DNA of 62,658 nucleotides, filler included, from Chiloscyllium plagiosum (taxonomy: Eukaryota), in the NCBI RefSeq assembly GCF_004010195.1. It is 5 parts of one record of this genome, joined end to end, with 100 filler letters (N's around TTAATTAATTAA, not from the genome) between each part and the next. Parts side by side here need not be neighbours in the genome. Positions count along the whole stretch, not along the records: positions 35,015 to 45,549 come from NC_057712.1; positions 45,650 to 57,128 come from NC_057712.1; 3 more parts are not named here. The stretch is one strand, 5' to 3'. The notes beneath the pieces were generated by a model. That model was given only the letters and a program-made list of their open reading frames with translations, did no database searches and was not told the DNA's origin. Below are positions 41,657-54,289 of this stretch, piece after piece (the first letter of the stretch is position 1; every line of letters begins with the position of its first letter). The translations under genes were made by a program, and so were the position numbers.

Positions 41657-42056
41657 GTTGAAACTTTATTGCTGGAACAGCACAGCAGGTCAGGCAGCAT
41701 CCAGGGAACAGAAGATTCGACGTTTCGGGCACAGGCCCTTCTTCAGGAATGAGCAGAGAGTGTTCAGCAGGAGAAGATAAAAGGTAGGGAGGAGGGACTT
41801 GGAGGAGGGGCGTAGGAAATGTGTAGGATGGAGGCGGAGAGGTCAAGAAGAAGACATTTCCAACTCCCCTCCTCCAAGTCCCTCCTCCCTACCTTTTATC
41901 TTCTCCTGCTGAACACTCTCTGCTCATTCCTAAAGAAGGGCCTGTGCCCGAAACGTCGAATCTCCTGTTCCCTGGATGCTGCCTGACCTGCTGTGCTGTT
42001 CCAGCAATAAAGTTTCAACTTTGATCTCCAGCATCTGCAGACCTCACTTTCTCCTC
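41657..42056. mobile_element. young PLE fold-back insertion in a FRK intron
   Basis: ~165-bp near-perfect inverted arms (41657-41822, 41854-42019). Perfect 14-bp TSD GACCGTGGTTATTA at 41643-41656 and 42057-42070. Confidence 0.9.
41715..41750 (-). ncRNA. minimal type I hammerhead ribozyme motif (PLE-borne)
   Basis: AUUC-CUGAAGA-A-GGGC-CUGU-GCCC-GAAACGUC-GAAU: stems I and II pair, palindromic ACGU helix III, GUC cleavage triplet. Activity untested. Confidence 0.7.
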
Positions 42057-42794
42057 GACCGTGGTTATTAAACAAGCCCAGGGAACTCATGCAGAACGTA
42101 CAAGACAAACTGCATCAGAATTATCACTTAAATGAAGAAGCACAAGCTCAATAAGATGTCAAGGAATTTGCATCTCTTATTTCACTCTCACCCACATGGT
42201 AGCTGCATATATTGGGAAATAAAAGATTACCTGCAGCATGTTCAGTCTGAAAAAGACAATAAAGCTATACTTAGAATATATAAATGAACCATACTTCAGT
42301 CAATGGCCTTTGAGCAACAAAAGAAAGAATGCAACATGGATTGATAACAGCAAGGATAGTGAAACTCTTCTCTTCCTCTCTGTCTCACTCTCTCAACCTC
42401 CATCTCAATATCAGGTATCAACACTGGTATAATGCAAACTGGAAAAACCCCTGTTCACTGAGAATTCAAAGTTATCTGCAAGCTTCACAACTTTGAAGGA
42501 CAGACAACAACAGCAAAACAGTTGTGACTCACATTTCAATCTTGTAACCCAAGAACTCAAAAAACTTCAAACTACAACTGCCTGTATCTTTCTATCTGTT
42601 TCAACAGCCTTCTTTACCCATCCTTTGACAGTTTTGGCTTGTGACCTGTGTATTAGATGTCACATCTTATTATACTTTCTCAGGGTTGCTAGATAATAAA
42701 ACTCCTCTTTTATTCACTTAAGAAAAACTCCGAAATTGGTCCCCATCATTTCTGATCGAGTTAACATTATTTTTATTTAGTTTCAATTAAATGA

Positions 42795-43705
42795 AGTGCT
42801 GAGGAATCTCAGCACATCTAGCAACATATCTGGAGGGAGAAACAGAGTTAACATTTTGAGCAATTATGACTCTTCTTCTGAACTGAAAATAGGTGGAAAC
42901 ATTACTGGTTTCATGGCATCGAAAAGGATAAGGAGGAAGTACAGAATTGCAGGTGAGGGCAAGGTTAAGGAAGATTCAAGGTGCCACAGAACAAAAGCCA
43001 AAGGAACGAGGTAACACCTATGAAGATAACTCGGAATAGATCCACAATAAGTGCTAATAACAGAACAAAATGAATTCTACCTGAAAGCAAAATCATAAAT
43101 AGTAAGATATAGACATAGGAAAGGAGGGGAAGAAGAAGGAGGAAGATTTTAAAATGGCAGACAGAGTTCATGCTCTGATGTTGCTGAGCCAATCTTGAGT
43201 CCTGAAGGCCATAAAGTGCTTAAGTAAAAAATAAAGTGCTGTTCCTCCAGCTTGCATTGGGTTTCTCTGGAGCCCTTCAGCATGTACAGGTCATAAATGT
43301 GCACATGAAAGTACCATGTCAATTTAGTATGCCAAGCTACTTGAGATCTCTTCACCATTACTATGACCTTTGTTCCATGACATCTTGGATCTCCAATCTC
43401 CTTTAACCTTTCCCGGAGCAGTCCTTTTGTTCCACTTGCCCCCTCCTTTCCTTTAACACTGCACAAAACCCATGACTTTTCCAGCTTTCTTCACTTCTGA
43501 AGACCAGACTCAAAAGTTTTACTCTGTTTCTCTCTCCACGGTTGCTGCCAGTGCTACTGGGTTTATAAACAAGAACTGTGGATGTTGGCGATCTGAAACA
43601 CAGAAAACCAGAAACTGCTGAAGAAACTCAGCAGGTCTGGTAGCATCTGAGTTCTTCAGCACTGTTTTGTTTTCAGATCTCCAACATGTGCAGTATTTTG
43701 CTTAT
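42795..43705. mobile_element. older PLE remnants with inverted arms
   Basis: Minus strand ETQCKLEEQHFIFYLSTLWPSGLKI (PLE endonuclease C-terminus). Inverted copies ~42830-42990 and ~43365-43550; small fold-back at 43568-43705. Confidence 0.65.
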
Positions 43706-44573
43706 ATTTACTTAGGTGTGGTAGCTTCTTGCTTAAAAATGAATTTAATATGTATTGTTGGACTGAAGGAGAGGAGATTAAAAATAGTGGAAGGCTTTTC
43801 ACTTCCTAGACTGAACAGGAAGCGGATCTTTCCGAACCTGATTGTAACAATTTATGCTTTTCGGCCAGAGAGACATTACAAAACTGACTCTGGACAATGC
43901 TTTAATCTGCTTCAAGCCATTACTAAACTGCATCACAGCCATTGTGGGAAAGGAAAGGTAATTAGTCATAGCTTTCAAAGGATCATACACACCTCTCGCA
44001 GAAGAGAGAGAAACAATTGTTTCTCTATAGTGTGAGTGGCAGCATTCCAAATGCCTGAGTAAGGTGAGAAGATAGGCTTCCATGAATGATCACAGCCTGT
44101 ACAGGAATTGAGTGTGCTCCTTTGGCATAACATCACACTTGGGCAACCAGCCAATGCAGCTAATCAACCCTACTTGGTCAAGTGAACATGCCAAAACAAA
44201 GTTTAGGAACTCAGTAATTGCCAGTAAATAAGGATACCAAAATAAATGTCGCATTTACTATTCAGAAGCAAAAGCAGCCAACTAACTAATGTCAAAACTA
44301 AATCAAAGCAAAATACTGTAATGACTTTGATTTTAACACAATTTGTCATATTTTATCACTTCACATTTTGCCAAAATGTGTATAAAGGTCATGGATGTAT
44401 TGTTATCTCATATTATTCTAACTAAATGATCTTTCATCTTGATCACAGCTTTCCTTGTGATAAACATCCCACTATTTTTATTCAGGAAGCACTTTGGTAA
44501 CTAAAATTTACAACAGGCTATGTCTCTTCTTTAAGATAAAATTATACAAATGGAAAACAATCATTAGTCATAC

Positions 44574-44755
44574 CATAAAAACTCGAGCAAGTCCAAAATC
44601 AGCAACTTTACAGATGTTATTTTCTCCAACCAGCACATTCCTTGCAGCTAAATCCCGATGGATGTAATTCTGAGCTTCCAGATACGCCATGCCTGAAGCC
44701 ACCTGTGCTGACATTTCTAGCAGATCATTTATGGTCAAAGTCATCCCCTGGTTTT
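44574..44755 (-). CDS. FRK: FRK kinase exon (catalytic loop, DFG)
   Basis: [60 protein letters not shown]. Acceptor ttcaacag, donor gtatga, 182 nt (phase 1 to 0). Confidence 0.93.
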
Positions 44756-45246
44756 CTGTTGAAATGAATATGTGTTGCATATGTTAAATTTCAGAAGCTA
44801 TTTCCATTATCCTAAAGCTTGTAAGCTCTCAAAATAGAACTAATGGACATAAAGCTGAAGCCTAACTGAAGCAGAAATGACAGCAGTAAACTTCAGTACA
44901 AGATTTACTTAACATGAAAATCAACCCACAGGCTTTGCTCGAATTCAGAATATTTATTTTGCTAAACCAAAAATGAAAGAAGAGTTTTACATTTGGTGTC
45001 CAGAATTATTTACATGTGGTAACACATTGAAGTTGTGGTATCCATTTTATGGCACACATATCCCAATCACTTTACAATTTCCAGACTTTTGCACTGTTTT
45101 GTTGAGCACCTGGTCATAACAGTTGAAAGTTAATTTAGCATCAGTCATAACTGATGAATAAAATACATATTTATCATCAATGCCATGTAAATTATCACAG
45201 AACAGTACAGATGAGCTCGGAACATTTAGCATAACCACATTCTTAA

Positions 45247-45549
45247 TATTCCTGATGAAGGGCTTTTGCCCGAAATGTCGATTTCGCTGCTCGTTGGATG
45301 CTGCCTGAATTGCTGTGCTCTTCCAGCACCACTGATCCAGAATCTGGTTTCCAGCATCTGCAGTTATTGTTTTTACCTCACTGATTTTAACCCTACTGCG
45401 AATCCTCTTGCAAGGATGCCTGCCTTGAAGAAGTTTTCCTCCTATGTCTACAAGAATCTCAGGGAGTCCCTCTCCCACTGCAATTCCCAGGTCATTTCCT
45501 CTGCCCTGAAGCTCTTCAACCATGTCGTGAAACAAACTCGGTACCACAG
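45247..45549 (+). mobile_element. PLE 5' end: pseudo-LTR with hammerhead core + ORF start
   Basis: CCTGATGAAGGGCTTTTGCCCGAAATGTCG, then MPALKKFSSYVYKNLRESLSHCNSQVISSALKLFNH; runs into a gap. Confidence 0.8.
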
Positions 45550-45649
45550 NNNNNNNNNNNNNNNNNNNNNNNNNNNNNNNNNNNNNNNNNNNNTTAATTA
45601 ATTAANNNNNNNNNNNNNNNNNNNNNNNNNNNNNNNNNNNNNNNNNNNN

Positions 45650-46010
45650 CCCAGCTACCTCTGTTCTCTGGCGTAACTATGTCCCTGTAGCTTCTATCTA
45701 TCACCTTCTCAGCCTCTCGAATAATCCTCAGTTCATCCAACTCCAGTTCCAGTTCCCTAACTCGTTCTGTGAGGAGCAGAATCTGACTGCATTTCCTGCA
45801 GATGTAGTCGGCAGGAGTATCCGTGGTCACCCCTACCTCGAACATTCTGCAGGAGGAACATTCCACTGCCTGCGCTGCCATTACTCTACACTTCGTCTCC
45901 AAAGCAAGAACACTGAGTAGCTTACCTGTGGACTTTAAAGTTAGGTTAGAGGAGGAGGATGGGAGGGAGGCCCTACTATGTAGGGCCTGGGGTTTAGAAC
46001 ACACCCACTC
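45650..46010 (-). mobile_element. CR1 5' end (ORF1 N-terminus)
   Basis: MAAQAVECSSCRMFEVGVTTDTPADYICRKCSQILLLTERVRELELELDEL. Confidence 0.85.
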
Positions 46011-46542
46011 AATTGTCCACACACACCCAATTGTCCTTGAGTAGGTGGTGGTGAGCTGCCTTCTTAAATTGCTGCAGTCCACCTGTTGTGGCTTGCCTTA
46101 CAATGCTATTTGTGAGGGAATTTCAGGTTTTTGACTCAGAGACAGTGAAGGAACAGCAATATACTTCCAAGTCAGGATGGGATCTTGAAGGTGCTGGTGC
46201 TCCCATGCATCTGCTGCCCTTGTCCTTCTACATGGAAGCTGTCATGGTTTTGCAAGGTGCTCTCTGAGGATCTTTCATGAATTTCTGCAGCACATCTTTG
46301 TGTCAGCACACACTGCTGCTACTGAATGTCGGTGGTGGAGCTTGTTGATGTAGTGTCAATCAAGCGGGCTGCTTTGTCCTGGATGGTGTCAAGCTTCTTG
46401 AGTATTCTTTGAGCTGCATTCATCCAGGCAAGTGGGGAATATTCCACCACACTCCTGACTTGTGCCTTGTAGGTGGTGACAGGCTTTGTGGAGTCAGAAG
46501 GTGAGTTACTTGTAATATTCCTAGCCTTCAACCTGCTCTTAA

Positions 46543-46830
46543 GGGCGGCACTGTGGCTCAGCAGTTAGCACTGCTGCCTCACAATACCAGGGACCTGGGT
46601 TCAATTCCAGCCTTGGGTGACTGTGTGTGTTGTATTTGCACATTCTCCCGTTTCTGCGTGAATTTCCTCCCACAGTCCAAAGATGTGCAGGGCAGGTGAA
46701 TTGGTCATGCTAAGTTGCCCATAATGTTAGGTGCATTAGTCAGAGGGAAATGGGTCTGGGTGGGTTACTCTTCAGAGATTAGTGTGAACTTGTTGGGCCA
46801 AAGGGCCTGTTCCCACACTGTAGGGATACT
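46543..46830 (+). mobile_element. HE1-type SINE
   Basis: GGCGGCACTGTGGCTCAGCAGTTAGC head; GGGCCTGTTCCCACACTGTAGGG tail. Confidence 0.88.
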
Positions 46831-47399
46831 AATCTTGTAGCCACTGTATTTATGTGGTGAGTCCAGTTGAATCTCTGGTCAATGGATGTTGATAGTAGGG
46901 TATTCGGCGATGGTAACATAATTGAATGTCAAGGAGCGGTGGTTAGATTATCTCTTATTGGTGATGGTCATTTCCTGGCATTTGTGTGGCGTGAATGTTA
47001 TTTGCCACTTGTCAGCCCAGGCCTATATATTGTCCAGATCTTGTTGTATTTGAACATGGACTGTTTCAGTGTCTGAGGAGTTGTGAATAGTGCTGAACAT
47101 TGTGCAATCATTGGCAACTATCCCCACTTCTGACCTTATGATGGAAGGAAGGTCATTGATGAAGCAACTAAAGATGGTTGGGCCTAGGACAGTACTCCGA
47201 GGAACTCCTGCAGAGGTGTCCTGTGGCTGGGATGACTTACCTTCAACAACCAAGACCATCTTCCTACGTGCCAGGTATGACTCCAACCAGCAGAGAGTTT
47301 GCCGCATGATACCCATTGATTTCAGTTTTGCTAGGCATTCTTGATGCCACACTCAGTCAAATGCAGCGTTGAAGTCAAGGGCTGTCACTCTCACCTCAA

Positions 47400-47850
47400 C
47401 TTTACTAGGATGTTGCCTGGAATAGAGGGAAGGTCTTACGAGGAAAGGCTGAGGGACTTGAGGCTGTTTTCGTTAGACAGGAGAAGGTTGAGAGATGACT
47501 TAATTGAGACCTATAAGATTATCAGAGGGTTAGATAAGTTGGACAGTGAGAGCCTTTTTCCTCAAATGGCCATGGCTAGCACGACGGAACATAGCTTTAG
47601 ATTGAGCGATGATAGATATAGGATAGATCTCAAAAGTAGTTTCTTTACTCAGAGTAGTAGAGGCATGGAACACACTGCCTGCAACAATAGTAGACTTGCC
47701 ATCTTTAAGGGCATTTAAATAGTCATTGGATAGGCATATGGATGAGAATGGAATGGTGTAGGTTAGATGGGCCTCAGATTGGTTCCACAGGTCGGCACAA
47801 CATCAAAGGCCACAGGGCCTGTAATGTGCTGCAATATTCTATATTCTAAC
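47400..47850 (+). mobile_element. CR1 (HER1-like) 3' fragment
   Basis: FTRMLPGIEGRSYEERLRDLRLFSLDRRRLR; tail ending TATTCTATATTCTA. Confidence 0.85.
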
Positions 47851-49606
47851 TCTGGAATTCAGCTTTTTTGTCCATGTTTGAACCAAGCCTGTAATGAGGT
47901 CGGGAACTGAATGGTCCTGGTGAACCCAAACTGGGTGTTATTGAGCATGTAATTGCGAAGTAGGTGCTGCTTGACAGCATTGTTGATGACACTTTCCATC
48001 AACTAATGATGATTGACAGTAGACTGATGAGATAGTAATTGACTGGGTTGGATTTGTCCTGCTTTTTATGTGCAGGGTGTACCTGGGAAATTTTCTACAT
48101 TGTCAGGTAGATGCCAGTGTTTTAACGACTGGAACAGCTTGGCTGGGGGAGGGGCAAGCTCTGGAGCACAAGGCTTCAACACAATGTTGGCAGGGCCCAT
48201 AGCTTTGCAGTATCTAGTGCCTGCAACACTGGGGGAGGGATCTGAAAACCTCAGACTTGGGAATGGCACATGGACAACTACAGAGACCCTGATGAATTGA
48301 AGAATCGTCAGGAGCTTTATGTAAAACATAAATACGAGCAAGTACCAGTGGACTGAATGGCCTGCTTCTCTGTTTTAAATTTGATGTAATACAAATGGTC
48401 CAGGGATCCAGGAAGTAGTGCTGGAGGAGGCAATGTTGAGGCAGCTGCCCCAGTGCCCAGGTATAATGACCCCTTTCCTAGATGACCAGGCCTAGCTCCC
48501 ACTTGCACAAATCATTACTCCAGGTTTTGAGGCCTCATCCCTAATATGTCAAGGCCCACCCCAAACTGCTAAAGCTCCTTTCCACAGTACCATGTGCCTT
48601 CCCTCAGATTGCCAGGCTCTCTGTAGTTGTCCATGTGCCATCCCTAAGTGCTGCATTGCTCAGATCCCATGGTGACTGCCAAGTGTCCAAACAATGCTCT
48701 GAGGTGATCAGACCACCCTACAAGTTGTTTAGGCCCCTTTCTCAGATATCCAGGCCCTGCTCTGAGGTAGCTCCCTCACTCCTAGACCAGAGAAAAGACA
48801 CGAAGATATTCAGACCGCTGCTCATTAGGTCCAGGCCCCTGGCCAAACTCTCCACTTAGGGTCTTGACTTTGCCCCAGTGTAGACCTCTCCTCCAGGTCG
48901 TCAGGCTCTTCCCAATATCTGGCCTCTCCCCCGTTTGAACAAACTCCTCATTAGTGTCATTTCCAAGTTACCAACATTCCCATGTCAAGGATCAAAGCCA
49001 GCTCCTAAGGCCCGTCCCTAAGATGCCCAGTTCCTGCCTTTGTGGAAGGAACAATGTGCAGACCTCCGCATAAGATATTCAGACCCCAACCCCAGTTGCT
49101 CAGGCCACTCCATCAGGTGTTCAGGTTCCATCCCTAGTGGCAACACCCCTCCCCAGGTCTTCATTCCCCTCCCAAACAGGACTGACCTCTTATTCGTGCC
49201 TTGGCCCTTCCATTAGTACTGTAGCCGTACTTCAAGGTGGGAAGGTCCCAACCTCAGGGAACTAGGAATTATCCCATGTACCAAAGGCACATTCCCAGTC
49301 AACAAGGGTACATCCCAATGTGACCCCCTTTGCAAGATGTCCAAGTCCCACTTCTGGGAGTCAAGGCCACACTCACTATGTGTATCAAAGTCATGTCCTT
49401 GTTGTGCAGATCAAGTGATACCCAAGGTGATAGGTCCTTGCAGAAAATGTTGAGGCTCTGGCCCCAGGGGAGAAGACCACTCCATCAATATCAAGATCTC
49501 ACACCCAAGGTTTGTGGACCCACCCTAGATGTCAATCCCCGCTCTTCTATGTGTCCAGGGTCTTCACCCATGACCATTACTGAGGAACTCAGGTACTTTC
49601 TCCAGG

Positions 49607-50197
49607 TCATAGAGTCATAGAGATGTACAGCATGGAAACAGACCCTTCGGTCCAACCCGTCCATGCCGACCAGATATCCCAACCCAATCTAGTCCCACCT
49701 GCCAGCACCCGGCCCATATCCCTCCAAACCTTTCCTATTCATATTCCCATCCAAATGCCTCTTAAATGTTGCAATTGAACCAGCCTCCACCACTTCCTCT
49801 GGCAGCTCATTCCATACACGTACCACCCTCTGTGTGAAAAGGTTGCCCTTGGGTCTCTTTTATATCTTTCCCCTCTCACCCTAAACCTATGCCCTCTCGT
49901 TCTGGACTCCCTGATCCCAGGGAAAAGACTTTGTCTATTTATCATATCTATGCCCCTCATAATTTCCGATAGGAAGGAGACCAGAATTGCACACAACATT
50001 CCAACGTGGCCTAACCAACGTCCTGTACAGCCGCAACATGATGTCCCAACTCCTGTACTCAATACTCTGACCAATAAAAGAAAGCATACCAAACGCCTTC
50101 TTCACTATCCTATCTACCTGCGACTCCACTTTCAAGGAGCTATGAACCTGCACTCCAAGGTCTCTTTGTTCAGCAACACTCTCTAGAACCTTAGCAT
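49607..50197 (-). mobile_element. CR1 (HER1-like) 3' fragment with internal deletion
   Basis: TCATAGAG tail repeats; QRDLGVQVHSSLKVESQVDRIVKKAFGML. Confidence 0.88.
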
Positions 50198-50954
50198 TTG
50201 CCTGCGACATTTGGCTAGGTGCCAAGACCTCTTTAATGAGGTGACCAGGCCTTTAACCTAATAACCAAGCCAATATTTTTGTTGCAAAGTTATTCTTCAT
50301 TTGCAAAAATGTGTCTTTACGTACATCCAAACAGTTCCGTACAGTCTTTGTAGAGGAAAAAAACATTCCTCAGAGCTTCCCTGCAGTTGTAAACAAAGGC
50401 AATTTCAAAACAATCAAGTTTCTGCTTACATTCATTTTGAGGCAACAATAGGTCTGACAACTGAACAGACCCTCTTTATACTTTGGCAGAAAGACCTTAG
50501 ACTGTGGTTTTTCCCCACTGTGCCTTGGTGGCAGCTGCCCCAAGCTTTAGTGCATCCCTCAGCATGTAGTCCTGTGCCTTGGCATGTGCCAATCTGCAAC
50601 ACTTAGTCAAGCTTAACTCTTTACGCTGGAAGACCAACAAGTTTCAGGCAGACCAAAGCACAGCTTCTTTTACTGAGTTAATGATCTTCAAGTCAATGTT
50701 TGTCTTCATGTGAATACCAGGGAACATCCTGCAAAGCACAGAGTTCTATAGCATGGAACTGTTGGGATGAACCTTGACAAAAACTATTGCATCTCTCTCT
50801 GGACCTTCCTTGGAAAAGCACATTCCAGAAGGAGAAGTGTGACAGTCTCTCCTTCCTGCAGCTACTTTAAGGACAGTGTGCAGTGGTACAGACAGTCCGT
50901 ATACTTGAGGGATCTCACAAGCGGTGCCCTTCTCACCACTAGCTAAGCAACGTC

Positions 50955-51290
50955 TTAGAACATAGAACAAAGAAAGTTACAGCATAGGAACAGGCCCTTT
51001 GGCCCTCCAAGCCTGCGCAGATCCAGATCTTCTATCTAAACTTGTTGCCTATTTTCTAAGGATCTATATCCCTCTGCTCCCTGCCCATTCATGTATCTAT
51101 CTAGATACATCTTAAATCTTGCCATTTCTATCACTCATTTTCACAGGGACATGTCTGTCCTGCACTCTCATCAATCTCTCTTTAAAGGCCTCCCACATAT
51201 CAAATGTGGATTTACTTTCAAGCAGCTGCTCCCAATCCACATTCCCCTTTAAATCTTTCCCCTCTCACCTTGTATAGGTGGCCGCAGTTC
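50955..51290 (-). mobile_element. CR1 3' tail fragment(s)
   Basis: AGAACATAGAACA..GAACAGGCCCTTTGGCC tail. Confidence 0.7.
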
Positions 51291-51907
51291 TTTGACTCTT
51301 TGCAGTCCTTAGTCACCCTTACTATTTGCAGTTTTTGCAGAGGGACACTTTGCGGTCCGCAACCATGTGTCCTTATCTCCTGCAGGATCGGCACACTTTA
51401 GGCTGTCCCATGTATGTCAGGTAGCCTCAGCACCCTCCCATCACGAAGTTGGATTGTGGGTGGAGGATGTTCTCACTGGTTCCCACTCCCACCCTCTGAG
51501 TCACCCTGACCTGACACCCGCTGATCCAGATTCCAAAGAGATCTGCTATATCAGTGCTGCCTCCAAGCTGTATGTACCTTTCTAGAAAGGTCAGAACATC
51601 TGCTGCTGGCACGTGGGGATTGTGGATATGGATTGCAACAATCTAGCTCTATGCACTGGGAAGATGAACAGTAGCACTGCAGACAGGACAGAGTGGGGTT
51701 CTTCCCATCCTTTTTCTTCAAATACATTCAGGAGACATTCACATTGCTTCACACTCAGGAAGATCACATCAAATTACCACCGGTTGGGAAATTCTGCAGG
51801 TATTAAATATCTGCTGTTTGGAGGCTGCAGCAATCCAGCAAGGTCCACTTCCCAAAGAAGGCACGATCGACCAGCATTCCTCCCCCATCTTCTTCACAGT
51901 CACTCAC

Positions 51908-52204
51908 TTCTGCTTCAAAGCACCAGGGACCCAGATTCAATTCCAGCCTCAGGTGGAATCTGTGTGGAGTTTGCATATTCTCCCCTTGTCTGCATGGGTT
52001 TCCTCCTGGTGCTCCAGTCTTCACCAATCCAAAGATGTGCAGGTTAGGTGAATTAGCCATGGTAAATTGCCCATAGTGTTCAGGAATGTGTAGGTAGGTG
52101 CACTAGTCAGGGGTAAATATAAATTAATAGGGTGTCGGAATGGTCTGGGTGGGTAACTTCAGATGGTTGGTGTGGTCTTGTTGGACTAAAGGGTCTGTTT
52201 CCAC
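51908..52204 (+). mobile_element. HE1-type SINE, interrupted at its 3' end
   Basis: SINE core ending GGGTCTGTTTCCAC; the tail GTAGGGATGCTATGA resumes at 55957. Confidence 0.8.
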
Positions 52205-54102
52205 CTTGGCCCCTGAGGCCTGTTTGAACTGGTCACATATGCACATGAGTCTGTGCACAGACAGCGGATCTGAGCAGAAAATGGCGATGTCATCTGTGTA
52301 CAGGGAGGCCTTAACCTGCAGGCCCCTGCTGCCAGGAATAGTCACCCCTCTCAGGCTCGCATCCTTCCTGATGGACTCAGCAAATGGCTCTATGCAGCAC
52401 ACAAACAAGGCAGGAGAGAGGGCAGCCCTGTCTGACTCCAGATCTGACTGGGAAGCTATCTGATTCCCACCCATTGATTGAGGCTGCACTGACAATGTTG
52501 GTGTAGAGCAGTCTGATCCAATTTCAGATTCCCTCCCCAAAGCCCATTTTGGAGAGAACATCTCTCATATACCTGTGTGATATCCTGTCAAAGGCTTTCT
52601 CCTGGTCCAGGCTGATCAGGCAGGTATCCAACCCCATGTCCTGCACCTAGGCGATCATATTCCTGAGGAGCGCAAGACTCTCAGCGATCTTCCTGCCCGG
52701 CACAGCACAGGTTTGGTCAGGGTGAATCACCCACCCTAGAGCAGACCTGACCCGGTTGGCGATTACCTTTGACAGAATTTTGTAATCCGCATTCAATAGT
52801 GAGATTGGTCTCCAATTTTTGAGTTCCTCCCTCTCCCCCTTCCACTTGTAGACGAGGGTGATGATGCCTTTCCTCATGGATTCACTGCCCGAAGCATACT
52901 GACATACACCTCCAGCAGGTCCTGGCCAATCAAGTCCCACAGAGCGGAATAGAGCTTGATCGGTAAGCCGTCGCTTCCGGAGTTTTGTTCTTTTCGAAGG
53001 ACTCGAGGGCCTTTGTCAGCTCGTCCAGAGATAGCGGCTGGTCCAGCCTCTCTCGTGTTCTGTCGTCTAAGACCTCCGTGATAGAGGACAGGAACGACTG
53101 GGACGCCGTGCTGTCGGTGGGCTTCGCGTCATACAGACTGGCATAGAAGGATTTACTGATCCTCATGACGTCAGCCTGATATGACGTTAGCGAGCCATCT
53201 TCTTCCTTCAGGATGCTGAGCACTGAGCTCTCTTTGTGCACCTTCTGGAAGAAGAAAGGTGAGCAAGTCTCGTCCTGCTCCACCAAGCGGACCCTGGACC
53301 GGAAGATTATCTTGGAGGCCTCCGAGGCAAAGAGCGAGGCTTGCTGGTCCTTCATCTCCTTGAGGTCCTCCATGACACCCACCCCCATCGTTTGCAGCAG
53401 GAGCAGGTTCTGCATACTTTCCTGGAGCTGGGACAGTTTTCCCCGCCTCTCTCTCGCCTCCTGAACACCTTTGAGGATGAAGAACCTCTTGATGTTCCGT
53501 TTTACTGCTTCCCACCAGTCCGCTGGGGACTCAAAGAGGGGCTTCACGGTTTTCCAACCTGCGTAGAAGACGTCGTGCAGCTTGGCATCTTTTACCGTGT
53601 CCATCAGGGCTCTGGACGTGGTGTCCAGTTTACTGTCCCCCCCGCCGGGTCGTCCATCTGCATCAATGATACAGTTGAAGTCTCCGGCCAGAATGACCGG
53701 CCTGGACGTAGCCAGCAACAGTGGAAGCTGCTGCAGGACGGCCAACCGTTCGCTCTGACCCACTGGGGCATACACATTAGTCAGTCTCAGGGGAGCATTC
53801 CTGTACAAGATGTCGCCCACCACCTCCTTCACCTCGGAGATGGTGAAGTTGCCTCCTCGCAACAGGATACCCAGGCCGGAGGCGCGGCTATCGTTGCCCC
53901 CCGACCAAACTGACGGCCCATGGGCCCACAAGCTCGACCATCTCCTGTAGCTGCTGAGGTGCGGTATCCCACACTCCTGCAGAAACAGGACGTCGGCTTT
54001 AGCGTTGGCCAGGAAGGCCATCGTAGAAACACATCGCGTAGCCGATTTGATGCTACGCACATTGATGCTGGCAATTTTTAACCCCATTTTAACAGTTTAC
54101 AA
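52205..54102 (-). pseudogene. Tx1-clade ORF2 fragment (endonuclease to RT YxDD), with deletions and frameshifts
   Basis: MGLKIASINVRSI, FLQE, NVYAP, ILAGDFN, NWRPISLLNADYKILSK, SLYTDDI..ASGAKV. The endonuclease C-terminal (SDH) block is missing. Confidence 0.9.
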
Positions 54103-54131
54103 GGCTAAGATCAAGTGTCTGTTCTTATCAG
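54103..54131 (+). pseudogene. U2 snRNA 5' fragment forming the head of the element
   Basis: GGCTAAGATCAAGTGT + CTGTTCTTATCAG equals the U2 5' sequence with AGTAT deleted. Confidence 0.85.
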
Positions 54132-54289
54132 GACAGGGGTCGAGTTGCGAGTCATCAAAGCTAGTGGAGATCATTGCTGGATCGTGATTGGACGTTGGAG
54201 GATCGCTTGGTTGTGCTGACCTGCTATTGAAGGATCTTCATGCTGGCTTCGGCCTAACGCCAATTCAGGGACCAGCCAACCTCAGAGCT

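Larger units (their letters stand above)
46030..48170 (-). mobile_element. L2/CR1-group LINE RT fragment with nested insertions
   Basis: KAQVRSVVEYSPLAW; GVPRSTVLGPTIFSCFINDL..ANDC. Hosts a SINE and a HER1-like fragment. Confidence 0.8.

Noticed and set aside
54103..54131. Functional U2 snRNA gene
   Set aside because: Only ~30 nt, branch-point pairing sequence partly deleted, no Sm site or 3' stem-loops; it is a retroelement head. The same applies to 56161-56190.
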